Shown here piece by piece: positions 24,225-36,377 of a DNA stretch of 64,000 bases. How positions within the stretch are numbered: the stretch's first letter is position 1; every line of letters starts with the position of its first letter. Source of the stretch: Heptranchias perlo (taxonomy: Eukaryota); contig NC_090349.1 in the NCBI RefSeq assembly GCF_035084215.1, positions 10,974,001 through 11,038,000 of the forward strand, given 5' to 3'. A model generated the notes under the pieces. That model saw only the letters and a program-made list of their open reading frames with translations, made no database searches and was not told the origin of the DNA. The position numbers were made by a program, and so were the translations under genes.

Positions 24225-25315
24225 CAAAATTAAAGCCCATGGGGTTAAAGGGACAGTGGCAGCGTGGATACAAAATTGGTTAAAGGACAGAAAGCAAAGA
24301 ACAGTTGTTTTTCAGACTGGAGGGAAGTATACAGTGGTGTTCCCCAGGCATCACCATTAGGATCACTGCTCTTTTTGATATATATTAATGACCTGGACTT
24401 GGGTATAGAGAGTATAATTTCAAAGTTTGCAGATGACACGAAACTCAGAAATGTAGTAAACAATGTGGAGAATAGTAACAGACTTCAGGACATGGATAGA
24501 CTGGTGAAATGGGCAGACACATGGCAGATGAAATTTAACATAGAGAAGCATGAAGTGATACATTTTGGTAGGAAGAATGAGGAGAGGCAATATAAATTAA
24601 ATGGTACAATTTAAAGGGGGTGCAGGAACAGAGAGACCTGGGGGTGAACATACACAAATCTTTGAAGGTAGCAGGACAAGTTGAGAAGGCTGTTAAAAAA
24701 AGCATATGGGATCCTGGGCTTTATTAATAAAGGCATAGAGTACAAAAGCAAAGAAGTTATGATAAACCTTTATAAAACACTGGATAGGCCTCAGCTAGAG
24801 TATTGTGTTCAATTCTGGGCACCAAACTTTAGGAAGGATGTCAAGGCCTTACAGAGGGTGCAGAAGAAATTCACTAGAATGGTACCAGGGATGAGGGACT
24901 TCAGTTATGTGAAGAAGCTGGGGTTGTTCTCCTTAGAACAGAGAAGGTTAAGGGGAGATTTGATAGAGATGTTCAAAATCATGAACGGTTTTGATGGAAT
25001 AAATGAGAAACTGTTTCCAGTGGCAGAAGGGTCAGTAACCAGAGCACACAGATTTAAGGTGATTGGCAAAAGAGCTAGAGACGACATGAGGAAACTTTTT
25101 TTAAGGTAGTGAGTTGTTGTGATCTGGAATGCACTGCCTGAAAGGGTGGTGGAAGCAGAGTCAATAATAACTTTCAAAAGGGAATTGGAGAAATACTTGA
25201 AGGAAAAAAAATTATAGGGCTATGGGGAAAAAGCAGGGGAATGGGACTAATTAGATATCTCTTTCAAAGGGCTGGCACAGGCACGATGGGCCAAATGGCT
25301 TCAGTCTGTGCTGTA
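24225..25315 (+). mobile_element. CR1 LINE fragment inserted in an older antisense CR1-like relic
   Basis: ORFs 24264..24614 (GVPQ..LG, FADD) and 24681..25109 (LEYCVQFW), plus a CR1 3' tail. Flanks 23970-24220 and 25320-25620 resemble antisense CR1/L3. Confidence 0.88.
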
Positions 25316-28300
25316 AGACCACCTCTCAGATGGAGAAGCCCAAGTTTTCACACTAGCCTCGTGGATCTTCTCTGTGGTGCCTCCAGTGCTTGAATGTCTC
25401 CTTTGTGCCTTGGTGACTAGAACTGGGCACAATTCTCAAGGTACAGTTTAAGCAGAGCACTATAAAGTTTTATCACAACTTCCTCTGATTCATTCCCCTG
25501 TTTTGGCTATGTACTTCAACATTCTATTGGCTATCAATCAGCTGGACATTTTTAGCATTGAGTCGACAAAGACACCTAGGTCTCTTTCAGCGTCATCCTT
25601 GGCTATTGCAACCACTGCATACAGATGTCTTTACATTTTTCAAGAGGAGCTATTTTTAAAATATCAAATCTTCATGCTACTGGCTAGCTCATACACAGGT
25701 TTACCAATAAACACAGGGTTAACTTCTGGGATTTTGAGACAGAGAGCACAGTTGCACCTGCTCCACAAAGTATTTCAGATTAATAGAACATGTCAAAAAG
25801 CAAGCAACAGTATTAAATTATACACAGACAAGGCTACAACAATGACTGGAAGAGAATTCAAACACGAAAAGCTGTATTTTAGGAGGTACAGGTGCCTCCA
25901 AATACTCACCTTTACCGTTATATATTATGACTCAGTTATAACCACAAACATTAATAGAGAGGTTACTGTAAAGCAACCAGCTGATTTATCAAAAGAGTGA
26001 GCGTTAGCCACCAGCTAAAGAGTTTAGCAAATAAAATGAAGCACTGTGGGATTAAGTTGCTACACTGACACTACTGGGTCGGTCTAGCTTCTATCCCCAC
26101 TACCAGTGGTTAGCGAGTTACACTGCATTTTATTACGGAACAGACACTCTTGATTCAATTATAAAGCCCTTGTTGCATCTCAATGAGGTAACTGGCACCA
26201 ACTTATTCTAGTGTCAAGTATACTGAAACAATCATTAAGAAATCAAAAGCTCTCAATATGAAAATAAAGCCTTGATCACTTCAATCTCTGTAGTCAAGAA
26301 GCTAATTCCCTGATTGAGTGCAGTCGACCTCAATGCATCCTACAGAATTGGGAAGAGTTATTGGATTAGTTCCATACAACCTGACAGATTCAGTGAACTA
26401 GGAGTTAAGGTTTTCATAAAATTACTTTTAAAAAGCACAAGGTCTTAATGCATAACGAGAAAATCTGATGTGGAGACAGCGTCCATTGCTGCTGCGTAAC
26501 AAAATGCACTCCTATTTTAACAGCGGGGTGCACAGACAGCAAGGTTCTATGATGCTGGGCTACCTTTTGTTATTGTGGGATATTACCACACTGTATAATT
26601 AGTATGCTGGGGACAGGTGGAAGAGGAGACAGGGGAAAAAGAAACTGGATAACATACACATCTTGGTACCTCAGCATCACAGTGTGCACTGTATCAGGAT
26701 CGCAAATCTTTCTGGAATTTACTATCCAAAATAATCCAATACTGCATCAAAATATTTTTATATCCTTTATATCTTTATATCCTAGGTCATCAAAGTCCTA
26801 ACCTGCAAAGCCCTACCTGAAACTAGCCAGTGCTATCCCTATTATAACTGTTAAAAACACAAGTTACTCCATTTTGACTTTCACTATCCATTTTATATTA
26901 TAAACACTAAATCCCTTTTAGGGTATTTATAGCTGTAAATACTCAAATAATTCACATAACAAAACCACCAAGCCCCTCAACTGAATTACCTTTGTGTAGT
27001 TTATTGAAACACTGGTAGTATCTATTATATTGGCAATCTCAGGTTTAGTGGACTTACAGATATGGAGAAGAAGCATCTCCCAGTTTCTAAAAGAAACATA
27101 AAACAAACTTCACCCAAACATGGATAATCCTAATTTACAGAATGTTTAGGAGTTTTATTTTTGGGTCCATTATTGGTAATATTTTCCTATTGTTTCCAAA
27201 ATACGATTTCTACCTGCAGTTATCAAAAATATTCTTTAAAAAACTTCCTAATATCAGATTATCCACACTCCAAAACATGGCTGACTGGGTAAATACAGTA
27301 CTTAGTATGGTACTGAGCAATACAGACCAGGGGGACCGTAGGTAGCTGATCTCAGGCCAGCAGTTGGGACACAACAGTTGGCCTCAGCATTGAGCTAGCA
27401 TCAAAAAAAAAAGCAGGACTTCTGTATCGACTGCTATCCAGTGACTCCTGCTGGACCCTAGAAGCACGTGGAATAGCAGGAAAGGACAGAATTGCACTCA
27501 GCTGAACGTACCAAAGTCAAACAATGCACCAAAATTAATTGCCCAGGCTCACCCATAAATAAGCACTTGGGAGAGGTTCCTGATGGCTGCTGAGGCCCAT
27601 GGTGGCTCAGTGCCTTCAGAAGAGGGCTGATGACAGAATATCGAAGGCAAATTGGAGAATTTTTAAAATATATATAATTATATATATACACACACACAAA
27701 ATAATTCAAGAAGTATTCAAAACATAAGTAGATGGAATAAAGTGATAGATGTCAATTTAAAAGTGTTATTATGTAGATGACTTGAACATTTACTAAGAAT
27801 GGCATCCATCAATCACTCAAGAGTACTATCAAAAAGGAAGTAACCTAGGCAAAGGAAACTTCTTATCCTGTTGCTTTAGCTAATCTAATTCTAGATACTA
27901 GCCCAAGGGTACAAGGAGTCAGCTCCACTCTGTAAAAGCCTTCAGTTTGTAATCTAGTTCCTAGTGCAATCACTGACTGTACAGGAACCCAGCAGATAAA
28001 CTAATAAACGCAACCTGAGAAGGGTGAGAACAGGCAGCAAGAAAACTGGAAGGAACCAGGGGGACCTTGAGAGAGAGGTGAGCAAGCATCAGCAGGGTTG
28101 TAGACCACAATCTTAGTGGCTAGTCTCGGAGATCGGGCAGAGGAAAAGGAGAGTGCTGGGATTTTACTGTTCTTTGCGGAGACAAACGAATGCTCTAGTT
28201 CAGAGAGGAAAGAGATGAAAACACATTAAGGAACACAGGATGTAGAGAGGTACAGAAATTTAGTCCAGTGCAAAGATACAAATTCAACTAATCTATCAGA

Positions 28301-30271
28301 AACTGTGTGGTTCTAACGAATCTTTGGGCTCTATAGCCACATATATTTTTAAAGAGTGAGTATCATCATCAAAATTGCTTTAAGAAAAAATTATGAGGAA
28401 CTTTAATATATCCTCTTATTTTGATTTGGTATTTTTGATTTTTTTTTGGAAGATTTTTAGTGAGATACATCATAGTCAGGTGAACTGACTGGGAGCAGTT
28501 ACTGAGACAAATTATGTAAAGGACTAGGATTAACAGCCAGTACAGTAATTAACCAATGGCATTTCAGCTTCAGCTTGTGTGTTAACAGTCAAGCTCAGTA
28601 ACTAGCAAGTATCCACAAGGAGGTTTGGTTTTCTTAAAGGGGATCCCAATGGAAAGACTTCCTCTTTAAATTACAAATGCAACAGCATAGTTTACACAAG
28701 GCGGGAATTTTAATTTTTTTTTGCACAGTAGCAAATTCCTCCTCATGGGTGGAATCATTTTGTAATATGGTCTCTGGGAGCACATTATAAAAAGGTACTT
28801 AACATGGGCCTGTGTCAGGAAGACTTAAAACAATCCACATTATGTTATAGATTATATTACATCACAAGGCTACTGTGCGATAAAATCTTTAGTACAAAAG
28901 TTATATGGATTACAGCACCTTTACCCACACTAAAACATTCATACGTAAATTGGCTTCTTAAAAATATATTGCAATAAAATCTGCTCCCCTGTAAAACAGA
29001 TCTGCAGTTATATTTTAATGTAGAATTACTGCATAACCATCCATTTAGACATTACTATTGCCCAACAGAGATTTGAGTCTTACCTCAAGCTGTTGAGAGA
29101 AAGCGAGAGAACGGGAGGGGGGCAGGGAAGAGGAAAATGAGGAAGGACAAGAGACAAATACACAGAGCAAGAAGCTACATTTCCCTCCCAACTTGCACAA
29201 AATACAGAAAGACTGGACACCAAGAGCTGGACTTCAGCAGCTTGTTAGCAAGTGCTCAGATAGTGAGAAAGCTCACAGTAACTTTGCCTGGCATATTTCT
29301 AAAGGCTGGTCGACCCCCATTTAGAACAGGCAGAGCCCCCATGTAGTATGGCTCCAGTCACAACATCTCATTTCACAAATTGGTTCAGTCAACGGTCAAT
29401 TGAGTTTTCACTGATGACTCACCATTATCCAATCCTCTTTCTAAAATAAATTAGTAGTTGCACTGTGATTTAATGCTTTTTAAAAAAAGTCAATTTGATT
29501 TGGGCTAATCACCCCCAAACTGTCAATCAAACATTCAGAACAATTTTTTAAAATATTAAAAAGGTGCTTTGCTCTTTACGATGTAAAACAAACCAATGCA
29601 CACTTCAACGCCATAAGATGATCGAAGTCCTTCACACCAGCTGCACAGTGATGAAGATAAAAGATGAAAAGCTACTTGTGTGACATTCTGCTGCCAGTGA
29701 ATTGATCAGGGAATTAAGGTTCACACCGACAATATAGCCTCTGAGCTATTTTCCTTAATCTATTATCGTAAAAGAATTTTGATACAAAAATTGTGTTTTT
29801 TACAAAAATTGGCTTAAGTGCTGCACAAGGAGTGCTATCTTAGATGTGCTGGTTTGGCCAAAGGCTATATCACAAGGGTGAAAGAACCCAATATATTTCT
29901 GCAGTTGCGGGTACACTGGGGTATAATTCAATGGGCACTAGCAGCCTTCTGGAACCTAACTCGAGTGGCTACTCGTTCGAGTCTAAATGGCGAGTGTTAG
30001 TGGGCTATCTGTCTCTTAGCACCATCATTTGAGCCCAATTCTGTCTTTACTTTGCCTTTACATGCATGTCCTTTCCAGTAGGGGTCAATTAGAAGCCTTT
30101 TTTGACCATAGCCAAGGACACAGAGATTTTAAAAATATGGTCTCCTACTGGAAACTAGTAATTAATATGGTATAAAGCAAACATCCAGCTATGGCAGAGG
30201 AAACCTGCCCAAACATTACAACTCAATAGCAAGAGTGACCTTGAAGGAGACATTTTAATATTTAATATAAA

Positions 30272-30422
30272 CATTAGATCAATACTTGGAGGGAAAAAAT
30301 TTGCAGGGCTACGTGGGAAGAGCAAGGGAACGGGACTAATTGGACAGCTCTTTCAAAGAGTCGGCACAGGCACAATGGGCTGAATGGCCTCCTCTTGCGC
30401 TGATCCAACTATGATACTATGA
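30272..30422 (+). mobile_element. Short CR1 3' tail (copy 1 of a direct pair)
   Basis: attagatcaatacttg...ggcacaggcacaatgggc...ctatgatactatga. Confidence 0.8.
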
Positions 30423-31350
30423 AATGAAAGGCACCACTCACAGAATGACTTCTTTTCCTCACAAAACTTGCCACAGGGATAAGATTTCAAATCACACCTT
30501 CTCTTTTCAACGATTTCCCATACAAAAAAAGGCAGCACACAGAAAAGTACTTTTTTACCCTACCTCCATTGCTTCATTCCACATTGCTTTCTAGTATTGT
30601 GGCTTTCAATCGCATTGTGAACAGTGGTGTTACTCAGATAAAGGGCACCAGAGTCATAGAATGAAACTTCTTCCACACAAAGGCTGCTGATTCTGCTCCG
30701 TTACTCAGAGAATTACTTCCAATGCTACTTCTGACATTAACAGTTTGCCAGAAAAATAGACACCAGAGCCAAGCAATTCAGTCATCAGCACATAAAAGTT
30801 GCCAGAGTTCCTAACTTTGTAGGCGGGGCCTTTCAGGTGGCAGTGCTCAGATTAATGCTTTAGGCCAAGGGCACAAGACCTGGAGAGTGGCTTGTTTCCC
30901 CTCACAAAGTTAGGTAGATACAGGTGATTTTCTGGGAAGCCAAGCTCCAAATAGCACTTGTCACATAAAGTAATTTAATTGTGAGAAAAGGAAAGGCACG
31001 AGAATGAGAGACTGAAAAGTGCTGCTTGGAATGAATGTTGGATTGTGGTTTGTTTTTGAATGGCTCGTGTTTGAATGCAGCTGTGCTGCTTGTGTTTTGT
31101 CAAGTTGAGCAAGCAGAAATGTAGGCGAGGTCAATGTTAAGCGATAGGTTGTAAAATGTGAGTTGTTTTGAGAAATGTGTGTGTGAATGTTGGTTTCACT
31201 GCAGGGATGGTGAACTTCATGACTGGCACTGCCTGATAAGTCATGCAAGAAAATGGAATGGTGTGTGTTTTGTGTTTGCACAAGAAGGATCAGTGCGAGG
31301 CAGCTCAGTAAGGGTACAGATTTTGGAGGACACTTTTACAGCATTGCATT

Positions 31351-31469
31351 GTCAGGGTGGCTGAGTGGTCTGATGCACCAGACTCAAGGACTGCTTATCC
31401 TTACCTTACTAAAGGTTGGTGAATTTTGGTCCCTTTCTAGGGGCATGGGTTCGAATCCCACTTCTGATA
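31351..31469 (+). pseudogene. Intron-containing tRNA-Leu(CAA) gene, degenerate and probably a pseudogene
   Basis: GTCAGGGTGGCTGAGTGGTCTGATGCACCAGACTCAAG-[~35-nt intron]-...GGCATGGGTTCGAATCCCACTTCTGATA matches the vertebrate tRNA-Leu-CAA layout. It carries CpG-type substitutions, an intact B box, and a T5 Pol III terminator at 31475-31479. Confidence 0.85.
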
Positions 31470-31587
31470 TTAGCTTTTTATCCACACAAATGCCGTCAGC
31501 GTCAAACAGCCTGCTCAACTCTGCTTCAATTTACACGTGGCCGCTTCAAGTACCTCAGCGGTATTGCCGTTTGCCGACAAAAGTGAA

Positions 31588-31735
31588 TTAGATCAATACT
31601 TGAAGGGAAAAAAATTATAGGGCTATGTGGAAAGAGCAAGGGAATGTGACTAATTGGACAGCTCTTTCAAAGAGCCGGCACAGGCACGATGGGCCATAGT
31701 AGGTACAGCTCTTGTGCTGTACCTACTATGATACT
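31588..31735 (+). mobile_element. Short CR1 3' tail (copy 2 of a direct pair)
   Basis: Starts with the same attagatcaatacttg as 30272 and is colinear with it. Confidence 0.8.
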
Positions 31736-31829
31736 GTAATATTTTAAAGAAACAGTACACTTTTGGCAGGACTAGCCAAGGTTAAAAATGTAATACTGCA
31801 ATGCAATCATTTTTCTGCAAAAAACAAAT

Positions 31830-32130
31830 TGTCCTGGCTAAAATAGCAATTCACAAGTCCAGGATGAGCGCGATCCGTAGGGAGGGTCACTCTGGCTGGC
31901 TGCCTCTTTGCCACCGTCTCGTCCGCACCCTGGCGGTCCGGGAGAGGTACCATGTCCACGGGCATCTACGAGTACACTTGGCGCCTTCCACGGCTGGTAG
32001 ACACCACAGGACGCTGGTTGCATAATTGACAGATATAACGAGATACAGATTTAGTTTAAGTTTCTATTAATTTGATTAGACCAGGTTAGATTATTTTTAC
32101 TGGTGCCCTCTTTAAAAAAACTTGTAGCAC
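31830..32130 (+). mobile_element. Degenerate Tx1-clade LINE 3' end
   Basis: Translation LAKIAIHKSR....G.SGWLPL..RLVR...RERYHV aligns with the better-preserved Tx1 C-terminus at 42811-43012. It is followed by an AT-rich 3' UTR with ggtgccctctttaaaaaaaa. Confidence 0.65.
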
Positions 32131-33589
32131 TGATTCTTTGACCAGTGACACTGCGGAACTCGGTGTTACCTTTACCAATCTAATTAAAAAAAACAAAAAC
32201 AAATTCCCATCTATTTTTAGGATGGGTTGGGGGGTGGTGGAGACTCTCTCTCGAAGTGCTAGATATCTACACGGATGAGAAGAAGAACTTACCATGTAGT
32301 GAATTACAGGTGTGAACTTGCTTAATTGTCATTCTATGGAACAGTGTCTTGGTGGACGAGCACACTGGATAATCCCAACTGCACAACTTTTTTATTAAAA
32401 AGAGGGGCAATTTTGCAATTCCATTATTTTCAACTCAGGACAGTACAGCAGGATGTTTTCCTCCTCCCTGCTACAGCTTGATCCCATCTTCAACAACAAA
32501 GTTGTATAGACAGATTGGCTCTCAGGGATAGTACGAGATCCTGAGTCAGTCCTATTCAAGCATGCCATGAATGGAGAGTCTAACACTGAAAAAAATGCCC
32601 TCAGGAAATAGGCAAAATAATACATTTATAAATAGCTTTATTCTGCATTTAAAACACGAGACAGATCCTAACACTGGTTTAAAACCCATCACATTGCCAC
32701 ACAGCAGTGACAATGTAACAAACAGACAGCAACTCTCCCAAGTGTGACTGTAAAGGTGTTCCCATCATTTGTGCTACCATTCACCAAGTGTTAATTTGCA
32801 GTTACATATAGCAACCCATAATCAAATCTACACTACACTATAATTACATTGTTAAATGCTATTTTAACCCAATTGATACTAAGACTGAAATAAGAATTGT
32901 TCTTAATGCAGGATGCAGCTCATTAGCTGGAATTTAACAGGCACTTTTACGAAGTGTTTCTGCATTCTGGTAGGTCAAGTGCTTTGCTTTTAATGCATCA
33001 AATTCTTTAAAATCTAGTTCTTGGTGGAAGTTTCTTTGGCCACAATCTGATCAAAACAAATTGGAGGGAGAAAGGAGGCGAATGAACTCCCTCCCAAACC
33101 ATTCCCTTCAAACTCACAGGACAATTTACCATTTTCTTCCATCTGTAGGGTTTCCATTTTATGTCAATGACTCAAACATTTACAGTCCTAAATATTTCAA
33201 ACCAAGTGCTATGAAACTAACAGTTGTAGCAAACCAATCATTGGTGTTTTGAGACTGACTGAGACCTTCTAGAGATCCAACTATAATATTGCAAAACCCT
33301 TTGCATCACAGTAGGAGACCATACGTGGTGGAGGATTCTACCTTTTTTGCAGGGGGGGGGGGGGGGAAGGGGGAGTGGGAGAATCTGTGCACTCACTTTT
33401 AAGTGACTGACAGAAAAATGAAGCCCCTCACTCACATAGGCAGTGGTAGCTTAACCCTTCAAAATCTAAATTGCTTAATTTCTGGCAATCATTATCTACC
33501 AATTTGTGTCCCCCTAAGGACATTATATTTCATGGCTATACAAAAAAAAAGTTGTGACTTAAGATCTATAGAAATGCAAGTTTTCTTAA

Positions 33590-33945
33590 CACATCTCTCC
33601 AAAACATCCCAAAGGGCTTCACATACAATGTATCACTGAGGTGCACTCACTATTGCCATTTTACACACAGCAAGATGCCACAATGAGTGAATGAGTGGTT
33701 CATATTTTTGTGGTGGCATTGAATGAGGGAGGAACTCTGTGCTCTTCGAGTAGTGCCATAGGATCTTTACCCACCTCAACTACTGGAATAGGCAGACAGA
33801 GCCTTGATTTAATGTCTCATCTGAAGATTTGTACCTCAGGCAATGCAGCACTCCCTCAGTACTGCAATAAAGCATCAGTCTAGATATGTCCCTGAATCAC
33901 AACCTTCTGACTCAAAAAGTCAGTGTAACCAATTGAGCCAAGCAG
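33590..33945 (-). mobile_element. tRNA-derived SINE, degenerate
   Basis: Reverse-complement similarity to the SINE at 2857-3300 (aaccttctgactc, aattgagcca head). Confidence 0.65.
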
Positions 33946-33974
33946 ACATCTGTGAAGCTCCAAAAAGGAACTTA

Positions 33975-34740
33975 ACCCCGATGGTTCAGTTGGCAAAGTT
34001 GTGAATGAGCCAGAATTTCCTCCAAATTAATATCGACACTGCCAAAAACTCCATACCCTTACCACTCCCTCCTCAACTTTTCACTCAGGCTGCACCAGAC
34101 AGTCCACAGCCTCAGGATCCTGTTTGCCCTGGAGCCAAGTTTCAAACCCCAGATCCTGGTCACCAAAAAGGTCACTTGTTTCCACTTCCATTGATATGGC
34201 CCACCTCTGACCCAACCTCTATTGAAGCTCTAGTCCATGCTCATCGGCCTCAGACACCCTCCCAAGCTACACCCTCCATAAACTCCAACTAGCCCAAAAT
34301 TCTACCACCAGATCCTATCACACACTAATGTCTGCTTGCCCATCAGTCCAATCCTCACTAAACTATGTTGGCTCCCTCTCTCCCAACATATCAATTTCAC
34401 CTCTGCATACTTGTGAACTCTCCACCCTTATATCCCATTCCAAGCTCTTCCTTCTTCTCAATCTGGCTCCCTGAAAATGGCTCCCTGAAAATTGCCCCCT
34501 CCTTTTCCACCCTTTGTGGCAGAGCTTTCAGCTGCCTCAGCCCTACTCAGTCTTTTCCTAAACCCCTCCCCATCCTTTCTTCCCATCTTCCAATGCCATC
34601 TCAAAATCTGTCTATCGAACCCTATATTTGGTTACCTCTGCTAACTCCCTCACTCAAGCTGGATGTCTATTTTTACTCCTATGAAGCACCTTGGGATGTT
34701 TTCTATACTCAGGCTGCTACATTAATGCAAGTTTGATATT
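33975..34740 (+). mobile_element. Old L2 LINE 3' fragment
   Basis: C-rich L2-type sequence (..SIEALVHA.., ggcagagctttcagctgcctcagccc) ending in the L2-type tail attaatgcaagtt. Confidence 0.6.
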
Positions 34741-36044
34741 GCAGCTGAGTCATAGTCACCAGACGATCCCAGGTTCCTGCCCAGTCTGTGTGGAGTTAAC
34801 TGATCAAGAAAAGGCAGCAGTAAGAGCGCTACAATTAGCCCCAACACCTTTAGGCTACGCTGGGAAAAGAGAAAAAGAAAAAGCCATCATTCCCACTCCT
34901 GATCGCCATTAATTCGCCCCGCTGGAAAGAGTCTGCAATTTTATAGACATCAGTCAATGACACGGTCAGGCTTGGCTGCCAACATTTACTCGTTAGGTTT
35001 GCGTACATGAGCAAGGTATCACAGGGTGCCTGGTACCCATGAACATTACTCCAGCAGGAATCAACATCTTGCAGGATGGAAAAACAAAGACAACCTTTCC
35101 CCCAATCATAATATTTTACTTTAATTTTTCTTCCGAGATCAATGGCACAAAACAGCAAGTATAGCTGGTGTAAGCAATAGAAATGTCACACACATGTAGC
35201 TGCGGGCAGGGGGGCATCTCTTCTGAGGGTGAAGTTAAGGCATCTTGTTCAGAATCAAGAGGTTTATTCAATACATCTAACTTGTGCTGTATGTCAACAC
35301 TGAGTACTCACTGTTCCATTCTTCAGCATTAAGATCCCTTGCAAAAAAGTTAATTTAAAAATAATTTAAATCCCTTGCATTTATTTTACTTTAAATTCTT
35401 TTGTATGTCACACACCATTCCCTGGTTGAGCAGAAGGCAGGTGATGTGCTCGCAGGCTTCTGCTAATGGTTTCATTTTGACCAGTGGAACCTGCAGCTGA
35501 TCGGTTTTGTGGCAACGCAAACTCCAACTTTGCCTCCTTCCCTTCAGGGAGGATTGTTCCACTGACACCGTGAGACATGCTACATACTGTACTTTTCACC
35601 CCAGAATAAAATCCGACAACCATTCCCTAGCAATGGGGATGAAATTCTTGACTATACGAGCCCAGTCTAGTTACATGAAGAAAAGAAACTGAACTTACCA
35701 CACTATTTAAGATTTGAACTTTGAGTGAACTGCATCAAAGCTATTAGAAGCCTTCTACAGGTGCCGCGTGGACTAGTCACACTACCAGTTTTAAATTCAA
35801 CATTTCAACTGTGAAAATAGCCTCAAACTGTTGGGCCACGAGCTGCACTTTGCATTGTAGGAGGGAAGTAGCTAATGTTTAAGGGACCCAATATTCAAAA
35901 ATACCCACACAGCACCTCTGTGGAGCACACAATCTGTGGTAGAATAACGGGATTTGAGAGATTAGAAGCTCATAATACGCTTTGTCGTTGCGATACAAAT
36001 GACTCTGGGGCATTGCTCCCGCTAGTCAGCTGATGGTGTCTCAC

Positions 36045-36193
36045 CTCTAGAGTCCGCCAGGCTGCTCTGTGTCATTGTGGACGGTGTCTCAGCTGAGGAC
36101 ATCTCTGCAATCCGGTGTCCTGCACACATGGCTTTCAGCATCTGGAAAACTGCCAATGGAGCCACGTTCATCTTCAACAGATCCACGATTATC
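36045..36193 (-). CDS. MZT2: MZT2 coding exon 2 (MOZART2 domain)
   Basis: Acceptor tttctcgtttatcag|G (phase 2) and donor AGAG|gtgaga (phase 1). Encodes IIVDLLKMNVAPLAVFQMLKAMCAGHR..., near-identical to the MZT2 motif ILVDLLKLNVAPLAVFQMLKSMCAGQR. Confidence 0.97.
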
Positions 36194-36377
36194 CTGATAA
36201 ACGAGAAACAGGAACAGCACGTTAGAGGAACCAGATCCTTCCAGCACTTAACAGATGATGGGCACAGAAACAATGATTCCCTGTTTAAATAATGTCACAT
36301 CTGAAGGAGTATCACAAAGATGAATACTGTAACTTAGGATGAGAGACTGGAAAAATCTTGGGAAAACATACATACAT

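Noticed and set aside
25910-25965. Possible 56-nt cryptic exon in MZT2 intron 2 (tttacag...AAG|gtgagt)
   Set aside because: Weak pyrimidine tract and no other support; such site pairs arise by chance in a 20-kb intron.
25503-26000. 165-aa ORF
   Set aside because: Non-ATG start, overlaps an antisense LINE relic, has no recognisable domain and lies in an MZT2 intron.
31838-32023. Phase-compatible alternative last exon for MZT2
   Set aside because: The plus strand is better explained as a Tx1 ORF2 remnant, and the acceptor has a poor pyrimidine tract.
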